Positions 9,500-18,568 of a stretch of 55,655 bases of DNA are shown here, one piece after another. Under the pieces are notes generated by a model. It did no database searches. It was not told the DNA's origin and saw nothing but the letters and a program-made list of their open reading frames with translations. The DNA is taken from positions 1 to 55,655 of the forward strand of contig JBCCQQ010000044.1 in assembly GCA_039024555.1 (NCBI GenBank), in the 5' to 3' direction. Made by a program: the position numbers and the translations under genes. The stretch is from Cyanobacteria bacterium P01_D01_bin.156 (GTDB lineage: Bacteria > Cyanobacteriota > Cyanobacteriia > Phormidesmidales > Phormidesmidaceae). The stretch's first letter is position 1. Each line of letters begins with the position of its first letter.

Positions 9500-10757
9500 G
9501 GACGAGTTCCTCCATGTCAAAGATGAAATCACGATATTTAGAAGCAACCTCAGGAGAGTGTGTTGCTACTATCACCTGAGCATTAGGATTTATCTGTCGG
9601 GCAGCTGGTATGATCTCTCTTTGCCATGCAACATGCAAAGATAATTCTGGCTCATCTGCTAGAAAAATATGTGGATGTTGATTTTGAAGAAGTGCTTCAA
9701 CCAACAAAATAATTAATTGCTTTTCACCAGAAGAAAGGCGGGTATGATCTATCTGCCCCGAATCGTTCGAAATAACTAACTTTCCTGAAGTAAACTTGAA
9801 TTCTTTGTCAAAAACGAATTCCTCTATTATCTTGAGGAACAACTCCAACTGAGAGTAAATTTCTTGAGTTTTCTCTTTCGCCTCTAATGATAAATCTATT
9901 ATTCGACGTGTTTTTCGGAGTGCTTCTAGTGGCTTTATGTCAATTGCTTGATAACTGCTTTTTTGTGGCAGACTTTCATCCTTTCCTATTTTTTGGATAA
10001 CATTATCGATTGAGTTAACGTGAAAGTTTATTTTTTCGTCAATGCCTTCATTAAAAGAGTTGAGTTGTTTATATGCAGAAATCAGTTTTTCCCTTTCTTC
10101 GTCTCTGTCGAAGTCAGATGGATTCGCACTATCAGTTGCATCTTCTTCCCCATATAAAATCGAGGCTAAAACGTCTGCTTGCAACCGCTCTGAGATTCCA
10201 CTTGCCTGTTGCGCTAATTCTAACTGAAATTGGGTAAGTCCTTGTAAAGCTTGACTTAGGCGATAATCAACAGGAGAAATAATTCTTGATCCGTACCGAT
10301 CTTTTACTTCATATTCATCATCATTACGAAGCCGATAGACTGATAGAGAGGCAACTGATACCAAAGCTCCTAGCTGGTTGCGAATTTCAAGAGATTCTTC
10401 TAGGAGTTTACGTCGGAGTGAATAGGGGATTCTCTTATCTTCTGTGCTTCTCAAGCGAAACCGTTTTTTCTGCCCAGATATTTCATATTCTGCTACAGGA
10501 TAAGGATCATCTTCTATTTTCTGTACTCGAATTGTACGCTTATCTTGTTCCTTGGATAACAGAATAGTTACGGACTCAAAGTCATTTTCTGCTAATTCAG
10601 TGACGTCCGCTGTTAATACAGCATGCAAGATATTCATGAATGTTGTCTTGCCTGTGCCGTTTCTTCCTATGATGATGTTGACATCAGAATTAAAGCTGCA
10701 TTGAGCATTAAATTGCTGCCAAAATCCATCAATTTCTACACTTTCAATTTTGTACAA
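9492..10757 (-). CDS. ABC/AAA_21-type ATPase, AriA-like (PARIS-like system)
   Basis: TTG start after GGAGG; Walker A GRNGTGKTT, signature LSSGEKQ, Walker B/D-loop FLADEPELSLH, H-loop ATHSP. Confidence 0.85.
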   Translation of the reverse strand: MYKIESVEIDGFWQQFNAQCSFNSDVNIIIGRNGTGKTTFMNILHAVLTADVTELAENDFESVTILLSKEQDKRTIRVQKIEDDPYPVAEYEISGQKKRFRLRSTEDKRIPYSLRRKLLEESLEIRNQLGALVSVASLSVYRLRNDDEYEVKDRYGSRIISPVDYRLSQALQGLTQFQLELAQQASGISERLQADVLASILYGEEDATDSANPSDFDRDEEREKLISAYKQLNSFNEGIDEKINFHVNSIDNVIQKIGKDESLPQKSSYQAIDIKPLEALRKTRRIIDLSLEAKEKTQEIYSQLELFLKIIEEFVFDKEFKFTSGKLVISNDSGQIDHTRLSSGEKQLIILLVEALLQNQHPHIFLADEPELSLHVAWQREIIPAARQINPNAQVIVATHSPEVASKYRDFIFDMEELVHV

Positions 10758-10788
10758 GTTAACCCTCCCTTTTTCTTTTAGCTTAACG

Positions 10789-10873
10789 GTCTAACGTGGC
10801 GCTGAGCGGTGGCCAGTAGCTTTATATCGATACCTGGATTGTAAATTCCGTCCGCTCCTGCATTATGTTAGCT
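10789..10873 (-). other. attC integron cassette recombination site (85 bp)
   Basis: AGCTAAC-ataat-GCAGGAGC-GGAC...GCTCAGC-gccac-GTTAGAC: R''/L''(8 nt)/L'(7 nt)/R' with 5-nt spacers; the DUF4238 stop codon lies in R''. Confidence 0.85.
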
Positions 10874-12085
10874 AGAGTTTGCTGAGAACCAATATGATCT
10901 CATAATTGATGGCTCATCAGGATAAAGACTGACGCTATACAAACGTAAATGCCGCGTACCTCCAATCTCGATACCATCTTTATAGTAATGAACGACTTCA
11001 ATGACCTCATCTTGAGCAATATCATGTAAGGTATCTAAATCTTTTGTCCAAAACTGGATTTCTGGTTGAAGCGGATGATTATCAAGGCGCTTATACTTAT
11101 CAATATTTAGATGGTATCTAGACTTTTCTGTATAGACTAGAAATCGAATTCCTTCTATTGATCCAGATTTACTAGTATTCCTAATAAATTGAATCGCAAA
11201 ATCTTGGTCTTCTCCGTAAGGCTTTGGCTTGTGAGAAATCAGTATAGATTCAGCATTGAGATTTGTCAGTATATTCATACTGAAAGGAAAGCTCGGATCT
11301 TTATTTTCTACCCAAACACATCTCGTGTTATTTGGTAGGCGAATAAGTGGTGAAGATATGACAGCGATCGTAGGCGTAAGAGGGCAGTAACATAAGAAAT
11401 TCTTCTCATTAGTAAGAGTTTTTTCATATGTCCAAACTTTTGGGATACCAAACTTGTGTAACTCATCTATATGGAAGAATTGATAAGTTACTGGATTGTC
11501 TGACGAGAAAAAAGTCACTTTGCTACTGTTGACAATGAAGATAAGTCCGGCATGAAGTATTAATGAGGATATTATTCCAGCCGAATAAATCATTTGCTTT
11601 TTAGCTGCTTCGTGAGAACCTCGCCAAAATTGATCTGAAACGGTTTGATTTTGATTATTGAATTGATCGATATGCCGATACACATCTTCCACTTCATCGA
11701 CAAAACCTTGAATATTATCGAGGTTCGACGGAATGCGATGAAATAGTGTATCCATAAATAAAGCGATGTAAGCTAAATCTTCCTCTGTCAAAGAAATTTT
11801 TTTCGATATTTTTTGAAGAATTGAGGGATACTTTCTTTCAATTTTTGATAAAAACTCTTCAATCAGTGGGAGTTTATTTATATCTTCATCAAGATTATAA
11901 AAGTAGGATTTCCATAGAATATTACTTGGAGCTTTTCGTTTTGGCTTTGATGTAAGCGACTTTTCAATAACCCATACAGACGCTTCGAAAGGAATATGTT
12001 CTGGTATTTCATCCGGTCGAACAGGATCTATAAAAGCTTTTAAGTAAATCCTAGGTACTATATGTTGCTTTTTCTTTTGAACCAT
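10868..12085 (-). CDS. DUF4238 domain protein
   Basis: N-terminal KQHIVPRIYLKAF, IEEFLSKIE, FFSSDNPV, CPLTP; AT-rich. Confidence 0.8.
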   Translation of the reverse strand: MVQKKKQHIVPRIYLKAFIDPVRPDEIPEHIPFEASVWVIEKSLTSKPKRKAPSNILWKSYFYNLDEDINKLPLIEEFLSKIERKYPSILQKISKKISLTEEDLAYIALFMDTLFHRIPSNLDNIQGFVDEVEDVYRHIDQFNNQNQTVSDQFWRGSHEAAKKQMIYSAGIISSLILHAGLIFIVNSSKVTFFSSDNPVTYQFFHIDELHKFGIPKVWTYEKTLTNEKNFLCYCPLTPTIAVISSPLIRLPNNTRCVWVENKDPSFPFSMNILTNLNAESILISHKPKPYGEDQDFAIQFIRNTSKSGSIEGIRFLVYTEKSRYHLNIDKYKRLDNHPLQPEIQFWTKDLDTLHDIAQDEVIEVVHYYKDGIEIGGTRHLRLYSVSLYPDEPSIMRSYWFSANSS

Positions 12086-12164
12086 ATGAGCAAATAACTC
12101 GAAAAGTAAAGAATAAATCCTTTACGTGTTTGTTCAGCCATCTTCCTCACCGGGAAATAAAGCT

Positions 12165-12183
12165 AGCTAACTATTTATTAGAG
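12165..12183 (-). other. attI-like simple site
   Basis: CTCTAAT-AAATA-GTTAGCT, same geometry as attI1 CCCTAAA-ACAAA-GTTAGGC; GTTAGCTAG is a 9-nt exact complement of the downstream attC R'' region. Confidence 0.7.
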
Positions 12184-12322
12184 GGAAACTTTCTGCCTAA
12201 TTCCCCTATACGGGTGATTATATAGAAATTCTTCCACCTAATACCCCCAAATAGATGGTTAGGTGGAAATCTGTCAGCCTAAACACCTTATATGGATGAT
12301 TAGGTGGATAAGTTCAGTCTAA
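12178..12322. repeat. Four imperfect 23-24 bp palindromes at 40-41 bp period next to attI
   Basis: TTAGAGGGAAACTTTCTGCCTAA (12178), TTATATAGAAATTCTTCCACCTAA (12218), TTAGGTGGAAATCTGTCAGCCTAA (12259), TTAGGTGGATAAGTTCAGTCTAA (12300). Confidence 0.8.
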
Positions 12323-12328
12323 GCAAGG

Positions 12329-12360
12329 CCATAACTGAAGCTAGGACACTTCAGTTATGG
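12329..12360. terminator. Hairpin, possible terminator of the fic gene
   Basis: CCATAACTGAAG-8nt-CTTCAGTTATGG perfect 12-bp stem downstream of fic. Confidence 0.5.
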
Positions 12361-12434
12361 ACCAATATCTACTGAGGATTGGCACACCATTCTGTGAAAT
12401 TAATCCGTTGCCTCTGTTCTGAAAAATCATATGC

Positions 12435-13553
12435 TCAACGAGAGATCTCCTCATTAGTCGCCAGACGATAGCTTGTACTTCTCCCACCACCAGAATTTCG
12501 AATAAAAACACCTCGTGCTACAAAATCCTGAATATCCCGTAACGCCGTATCTGTAGAACACTTAGCCAATTTGGCATATTTCGAAGTCGTCATATGCCCC
12601 TTAAAATTTTCCAGCATACGATTCAAAATCAATTGCTGTCGTTCATTCACCGGTTGCCGGTTTGCATAATTCCACAGCTCTGTCTTGTAAAGTACATGGG
12701 CTAAAGTTTCATTCGCACTTGCCAACGCCCGTCCTAAACAATCCAAAAACCAATCCAGCCAGCCTGTCACATCAACCGTACCTCGCTGTTGTCGCTCCAG
12801 CTGTGTGTAGTACTCCTTTCGTTCCAGCTCGATCTGGGCAGACATGCTGTAAAAACGCTCAGCTAAATTATCCGCCCGTGCTAATGCCATATCAGCAATC
12901 GCCCGAGCAATACGACCATTGCCATCTTCAAATGGATGAATTGTCACAAACCACAAATGGGCTAGCCCCGCTTTCAAGATTGGATCTATGGCTTGTTCTT
13001 CCTTAAACCAGGCTAAAAATATCGACATTTCCGCCTCTACCCTGGCTGCAATGGGAGCCTCAAAATGAATTGTTTCACGGCTAATCGGTCCTGAAATAAT
13101 CTGCATCGCACCAGCCGATTCTGGTCGCCAACCCCCAACAGTAATCTCGTGCATGCCACTCCAGCCCGTCGGAAACAATGCCGCATGCCAGCCAAATAGC
13201 CGTTCCCTTGTTAGGGGAACATCATAATTTTGAGTAGCATCTAACATCACCTCAACAATGCCGTCTACATCGCGACTGGTGGGCAGCAAACCACCGATAT
13301 CAATCCCTAGCCGTTGGGCAATTGATGACCGCACCACATCAGGATTTAGCACAGCCCCTTCAATAGCTGAAGACTTGACCACTTCATTGGTTAAAACCTT
13401 CAGGCTGGTTTCCTGCTGTAAATCAAACCCTAAGTTTGTCATTCGGCCTAGCAGCCAGCCTTGCCGATAGCGAATGTCTGCCAGCTTTGCTGATAATAGC
13501 GAGCTATCCCAATTAAATGTGGGCCAATCTGGGTGTTCGTAAATCCAGGTCAT
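12435..13553 (-). CDS. Fic family protein (DUF4172 + Fic + C-terminal wHTH)
   Basis: MTWIYEHPDWPTFNWD, SSAIEG, canonical HPFEDGNGRIAR, C-terminal YAKLAKCSTDTALRDI...GGGRSTSY. Confidence 0.92.
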   Translation of the reverse strand: MTWIYEHPDWPTFNWDSSLLSAKLADIRYRQGWLLGRMTNLGFDLQQETSLKVLTNEVVKSSAIEGAVLNPDVVRSSIAQRLGIDIGGLLPTSRDVDGIVEVMLDATQNYDVPLTRERLFGWHAALFPTGWSGMHEITVGGWRPESAGAMQIISGPISRETIHFEAPIAARVEAEMSIFLAWFKEEQAIDPILKAGLAHLWFVTIHPFEDGNGRIARAIADMALARADNLAERFYSMSAQIELERKEYYTQLERQQRGTVDVTGWLDWFLDCLGRALASANETLAHVLYKTELWNYANRQPVNERQQLILNRMLENFKGHMTTSKYAKLAKCSTDTALRDIQDFVARGVFIRNSGGGRSTSYRLATNEEISR

Positions 13554-13762
13554 TAGTACATCGATATTAAGGCATATTCTTTGCTAGGACAGGGGATTAG
13601 GTGTTTTCTTGGAAGAATCACCTGTTTAAGAGCTTCCTTCGATTTCCAACTCTATGGAGATAGAATTCAAAGCCCCCAGAATTCAAGGTTTGGAGTCCTC
13701 GATAACTGATAAACTCTCTGCTGAAAACGTCCCTGTTTCAAACAACAGTATAGGTTGCTCGG

Positions 13763-13808
13763 CTTATTCACCGCATTTTTTGCGGTGAATAAGAAATTAT
13801 TTACCGCA
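13763..13808. promoter_or_regulatory. Perfect inverted repeat plus extra half-site between the divergent fic and phzF-like genes
   Basis: CTTATTCACCGCA-TTTTT-TGCGGTGAATAAG then TTATTTACCGCA. Confidence 0.45.
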
Positions 13809-13907
13809 AAAAGTAAGAAAAGTCTGATTTTTGGTCGTTGCTGATTTCTTAGTAATGCTTCTATCCATGGCACAATTCTCAGCAGATGGCCATAGTGGTA
13901 AATTCCA

Positions 13908-14741
13908 ATGACTCCGTCGAAGCTTGCAACCTCCAATAGTCCTGTCCGACAGTCTGTGATTCAGGTGGATGCCTTTACCGACAGACCTTTTGCAGGTAAC
14001 CCAGCAGCGGTCTGTGTCAGTGAGGCTCCACTGGACGAGGCACTGATGCAAAAGATTGCTTCGGAAATGAACGTATCAGAGACGGCATTTCTGTATCCCC
14101 TCGGGGAAGAGGGGAATTACAGCCTGCGGTGGTTTACCCCTGCCGCTGAAATTGCTCTCTGTGGTCATGCCACCCTGGCCAGTGCACACGTTCTCTGGAG
14201 CGAAGGTCATCTATCGTCTAGTATTACCGCCCGCTTTCAAACGAAAAGCGGTGAACTGCGGGTTACGCCAAAAGATAATCTGCTCCAGATGGATTTTCCT
14301 GTCCAACCGGTCTACGATGCGCCGATTTCGCCAGCCTTAGTGGCTGCCATGAACCATGCGGATATTGTCCACGGGGCACGCAATGATGTGAACTATTTAG
14401 TGGAACTGCGATCGCACCAAGCCCTTGCCAATCTCACCCCTGACCTCGATAAGATTGCTACACTGCCCTACCAAGGCGTTATTGTCACCAGTCGGGGAGA
14501 GGCCCCCTACGACTTTATCTCCCGCTACTTTGTTCCATCCATGGGTATTGCAGAAGATCCGGTAACCGGGTCTTCCCATTGTTCTCTTGCTCCCTATTGG
14601 CAAGCCAAATTAGGCAAGGATAAAATGCTTGCCTATCAGGCATCTGCTCGCGGTGGAGAACTTCATGTAGAATGCACCCCCGACAGAATTTTAATCAGCG
14701 GTCAGGCTGTTACTGTCATGCGGGGAGAACTGCTGTTTTAG
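13908..14741 (+). CDS. PhzF family (DAP-epimerase fold) protein
   Basis: QVDAFTDRPFAGNPAAV, SETAF, LRWFTP..E..LCGHATLA, EDPVTGS. Confidence 0.92.
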   Translation: MTPSKLATSNSPVRQSVIQVDAFTDRPFAGNPAAVCVSEAPLDEALMQKIASEMNVSETAFLYPLGEEGNYSLRWFTPAAEIALCGHATLASAHVLWSEGHLSSSITARFQTKSGELRVTPKDNLLQMDFPVQPVYDAPISPALVAAMNHADIVHGARNDVNYLVELRSHQALANLTPDLDKIATLPYQGVIVTSRGEAPYDFISRYFVPSMGIAEDPVTGSSHCSLAPYWQAKLGKDKMLAYQASARGGELHVECTPDRILISGQAVTVMRGELLF

Positions 14742-14747
14742 AGAACA

Positions 14748-16085
14748 CTAGTCACACTGTAAGAACACTGGACTAGATCCCAGCGTTACACCTCGTCGTT
14801 GAGGCTTAACGGGTTTCTTGTTCATCAGCTTTAAGGGGGTTGTTGTCAGAATAGTACTCAACACCAGCTTTAACTCCATCTGGGCCAATGCCGAGCCAAC
14901 ACAGCGTCTGACACCATTACCAAAGGGAATAAACTCATAGGGAGAGTAGTCGTTCTCTAAAAAGCGATCTGGGTCAAACTCATCAGGATTTTTGTAAATA
15001 TCTGGATGATGGTGAATCAGATAAATGCAACCCATTAGTAGGGTGCCAGCTTCAATCTCGTGTCCCATGAGCTCCAAGGGCTGCTCAGCTCGGCGAGGGA
15101 ATGTGAGCATCGCCACCGGATAGATCCGCAGGGTTTCATTACATACGGCGTTTAGGTAGGGTAACCGGGTAATGGCCAGCAAATCGTCGCGATCGCAGCT
15201 GTTGAGTTCCTCCATCAAACGATGGTAAATATCCGGGCGTGAATAGATCCAATGCAGTGCCCAGGTGAGGGCAGTGGCGGTGGTTTCATGGCCAGCGACT
15301 AGTAAGGTCATCAGCTCATCCCGCAGGGATACATCGTCTAATCCCTGGCCTTGTTCGTCTCGGGCCGCCAGCAGTAGCGACAGCACATCGCTGCGGTCGG
15401 TTGTGTCTTGGTTCCGGCGTTCGTGAATTTCGTCGTAAATTAAGCGATCGCAGGTGGCAGATACCTGTTGTAGCTTGTACCCAGGGCTCCACTTACCCAT
15501 ATCTTTGGCCAACATCGGAAAGAAAATGATCAGTGAGGCAATGGGACTTGCCACCATGTCTAATCGTTGTGCCAAGGAGTGCTGCAGCTGCTCATAGCGT
15601 TCTCCTTTGTCCAGACCAAAGACAGCCCGCAAAATCACCCGCATGGTGATGGTTTGCATGGCACTTCGGGCAACAAATGGTTGACCCGGCTGCCAGGTAC
15701 TAATTACCTCTTGGGTAATGTCACGAATCAATTGGCTGTAAACCTTAAGCCGTTCACCATGAAACGGTGGCATGACGAGCTTACGATGGCGACGATGGTT
15801 CGCACCGCTCAGCAAAATCAGAGAGCGACTGCCCAGTAATGGCTCAACAATACGATTGGCTTCTCCCGGAGCCGTAATTTCGGTTGTCGCGTCATGGGTC
15901 AAAATGTATTGCAGCGCTTCAGGGTGGTTGACAAATACAAGAGAAGTCTCACCTGTGGGCGAAATCGGAGCACCAAAGAAATCTCCATAGCGCTTTTGAT
16001 TCGTCTCCATGTATCCCAGCGGGTTGAGTGCCCATTGGATAGTCTGGATTCCCTGGGGCGTTGTTGGACTTTGAATGGTCTGCAT
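14748..16085 (-). CDS. Cytochrome P450 (CYP110-like)
   Basis: AGHETT, ETLR, FDPDRF, FGNGVRRCVG heme motif. Confidence 0.93.
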   Translation of the reverse strand: MQTIQSPTTPQGIQTIQWALNPLGYMETNQKRYGDFFGAPISPTGETSLVFVNHPEALQYILTHDATTEITAPGEANRIVEPLLGSRSLILLSGANHRRHRKLVMPPFHGERLKVYSQLIRDITQEVISTWQPGQPFVARSAMQTITMRVILRAVFGLDKGERYEQLQHSLAQRLDMVASPIASLIIFFPMLAKDMGKWSPGYKLQQVSATCDRLIYDEIHERRNQDTTDRSDVLSLLLAARDEQGQGLDDVSLRDELMTLLVAGHETTATALTWALHWIYSRPDIYHRLMEELNSCDRDDLLAITRLPYLNAVCNETLRIYPVAMLTFPRRAEQPLELMGHEIEAGTLLMGCIYLIHHHPDIYKNPDEFDPDRFLENDYSPYEFIPFGNGVRRCVGSALAQMELKLVLSTILTTTPLKLMNKKPVKPQRRGVTLGSSPVFLQCD

Positions 16086-16147
16086 AATTTTGAACCCCTA
16101 GCACGCCGGTCTTTTTATATTCTAACGGGTTCAAATAGGGCAGCTGA

Positions 16148-17581
16148 CTAAACTGGCAGACTAATCGTAAACTGGGTTCCCTGATTTTCTTGGGACTGAC
16201 AGGTGAGCTGACCCTTGTGGCTTTGCACAATAATTTGATGACAAACAGATAATCCCAAACCTGTACCCTGGCCCACTGGTTTAGTGGTAAAAAAGGGATC
16301 AAAAATACGCGGTTGAATATCTTTGGGAATTCCTATGCCGTTGTCTAGGATCTGTACTTCAATTCCATGGTCGTAGATATCTGTAATCACCTGAATAGTC
16401 GGTGTTTCTGTATTTGTTACAGCATCGATAGCATTGGCAAGCAAATGACTAAATACCTGGTTTAGTTGTCTGGCCTGACATTCCACCAGTGGTAACTGGC
16501 CGTATTGTTTAATTACCCTAATGGCAGACCGATGCTTCTGTGCCCGCAGTTGCGGTTGTAATAGTTCTAAAGCACTATCAATGCTCTGGTGAATATCAAT
16601 TTGCTTAAAGCTTGCCTCATCGAGCCGAGAAAAAGTCTTTAAAGAACCAACAATATTGCGAATACGGGTGGTTCCTTCTCGCATAGAATCCAGCAGCCTG
16701 GGAGTATCCACTGCTAAAAAGTCTAAATCAATGGAGTCTATCAAATCAGCAAGTTCGGTTGGAGGCACAGGAACAATCGCCTGAAACTGTTTTACCAAGC
16801 TAAATAAATCCTGAAAAGCGCTCTCTGCATGGTCCAGATTGCCGTGGATAAAACTAACTGGATTATTGATTTCATGGGCGATGCCTGCCACCGTTTTTCC
16901 CAAGCTAGCCATTTTTTCTCCATGGATTAATTGGGCCTGGGTTTGCTGTAATTCTTTGAGCGTGTTTTCTAGAAGTTGTGCTTGATGTTGGGTCTCTTCA
17001 TGGGACATGCGCAGCTCTTGTTCAACCTGCTTGCGATCGCTAATATCTCGAAAGACCGCCACACCTCCAACAATCTGATGGTCAGAATACAACGGGCGAG
17101 CATTGACGCTTAGCCATTGAACAATATTTGTAGAACGTTTGATTAACCTCATTTCTACAGCATCTAGGGGCGCGCCATGAATTGCTTTCAATAAGGGAAG
17201 CTGTGATTTTGCCGTATAGGTTTCTCCGTCAAGGGTAGAAATTTGATAGATCTGCTCTAGGTTTTGAAAGTGATTACGAGTCTGACAAGACTGAAATATT
17301 TTCTGGGCAGCTGGATTACTAAAAAGATGTTGGCCGTTAACGTCAACAACAACGACAGCATCTCCCATACTGTCTAAAATCGCTTCCAGGGTTTCTAGAG
17401 TTTCCTGGGCATGGGATAGTTGTTCAGCACGTTCCTGTAGTGAATGTAAAGCACTCTGCAGGCGCTGTTCTTGTTCAGTTGCTGTCTGCTCATACACCTG
17501 TAGTAGCTCTTCTAAGGTGGCTACCTGAGCTTTTAGGCGTGATACCTCTGTTTCACGAGAGGTCATAACTTGGACGTTCAT
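16148..17581 (-). CDS. Cytoplasmic PAS-domain sensor histidine kinase
   Basis: PAS (ILDSMGDAVVVVD...VFRDISDRK), H-box AHEINNP, N-box NAIDA, DNGIG, FDPFFTTK, GTGLGL. Confidence 0.93.
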   Translation of the reverse strand: MNVQVMTSRETEVSRLKAQVATLEELLQVYEQTATEQEQRLQSALHSLQERAEQLSHAQETLETLEAILDSMGDAVVVVDVNGQHLFSNPAAQKIFQSCQTRNHFQNLEQIYQISTLDGETYTAKSQLPLLKAIHGAPLDAVEMRLIKRSTNIVQWLSVNARPLYSDHQIVGGVAVFRDISDRKQVEQELRMSHEETQHQAQLLENTLKELQQTQAQLIHGEKMASLGKTVAGIAHEINNPVSFIHGNLDHAESAFQDLFSLVKQFQAIVPVPPTELADLIDSIDLDFLAVDTPRLLDSMREGTTRIRNIVGSLKTFSRLDEASFKQIDIHQSIDSALELLQPQLRAQKHRSAIRVIKQYGQLPLVECQARQLNQVFSHLLANAIDAVTNTETPTIQVITDIYDHGIEVQILDNGIGIPKDIQPRIFDPFFTTKPVGQGTGLGLSVCHQIIVQSHKGQLTCQSQENQGTQFTISLPV

Positions 17582-17630
17582 GGGAGTCTAGTTGCGATTC
17601 AATCTCATGCTATGGGACCAAAAACTCTGC

Positions 17631-17717
17631 CGTTGCTGATTTAGGGGATGAAACAATCTGTAGAACTTACCAGTTGTCTGAATTTGGTAGATAAAATCTT
17701 CCCGAGGATCAGCAACG
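17631..17717 (+). repeat. 87-bp dispersed hairpin element, copy 2
   Basis: CGTTGCTGATTTAGGGGATGAA...TCTTCCCGAGGATCAGCAACG; 10-bp perfect terminal IR. Confidence 0.85.
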
Positions 17718-17725
17718 CCAAAAAT

Positions 17726-18466
17726 TTAAACCATAGCAGTACAAAATATCTGGCTATTACTAAACGGAAGAATAGACATTTTGATATTCAACGGTAGGGT
17801 TTTGAATAAACGAGCAGTCGTTTCGGGAATAGCAACTTTAGTGAATAGAATAATTGTAAACAGATCGCCGGATGCCAACATGCCGCCAATGCCAAGCACA
17901 GAGCGAATACCAAAGGGGACAACAAAGTTTGTCTGCCCTGGAATATACTTACTCCCAAGGGCTTCAGGAATATGAAACACGTTGTAGGTTTTACGCTCTA
18001 ATTCCATCAGTAATTTAGGATCAGGGGCAACGACGCTATTGATTTCCAAACCTAAGCTGCGAATTAATTGGGCAATCATCGGGATACCTTGAACGCCCTG
18101 AGCGCTTGTTAAGGGTATGGCTTGATGGCCCTGGGAAGCGTGGCGATCGTTCCAATCGGGGAGTTCACCAACTGTTGCTAGTAGGGTTAAGCATTTTACA
18201 GAATCAGACAGCGCTTGTGCGGTGCTCAGGGAGCCGCTGGCATGGGTTTGCAACGTTGGAGACAAGTCTCCGTAGGAATGGGTCTTGAAAAAACGAGCCA
18301 AGGCGCAGGCTGGTTTTCCTGTTTGAGGATCGATTAGATTGTTATACAAGTAGTGAATACACCGATTTGAGACAGTTTCAATACTGTCTGCTCCTTCTCC
18401 AAAACTGCGCAGGGTAGCTCCAATATCGGTGGCATCTTGCAGACTAAATCGTACTAAGTCATACAT
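17726..18466 (-). CDS. Hypothetical protein upstream of the histidine kinase
   Basis: 246-aa ATG ORF with globular composition (ACALARFFKTH, SQGHQAIPL, YNVFHIPEALGSKYIP); no function recognised. Confidence 0.75.
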   Translation of the reverse strand: MYDLVRFSLQDATDIGATLRSFGEGADSIETVSNRCIHYLYNNLIDPQTGKPACALARFFKTHSYGDLSPTLQTHASGSLSTAQALSDSVKCLTLLATVGELPDWNDRHASQGHQAIPLTSAQGVQGIPMIAQLIRSLGLEINSVVAPDPKLLMELERKTYNVFHIPEALGSKYIPGQTNFVVPFGIRSVLGIGGMLASGDLFTIILFTKVAIPETTARLFKTLPLNIKMSILPFSNSQIFCTAMV

Positions 18467-18568
18467 AATTTAATTTCTCATCCCCAGGTAACCTCTGCCT
18501 GCACTACTCTTGGTGCAGGCAACAAGAGCGTAGTAGTTTCATGAACATTTCAGCAGTGCCCCAATCGC

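Noticed and set aside
12178..12322. Regular repeats considered as a CRISPR array
   Set aside because: Units are divergent, the intervening segments are only ~17 nt and similar to one another, and there are no cas genes
13908..16085. PhzF-like protein plus P450 as a secondary-metabolite cluster
   Set aside because: The genes are convergent, there is no core biosynthetic enzyme nearby, and both families are common as singletons
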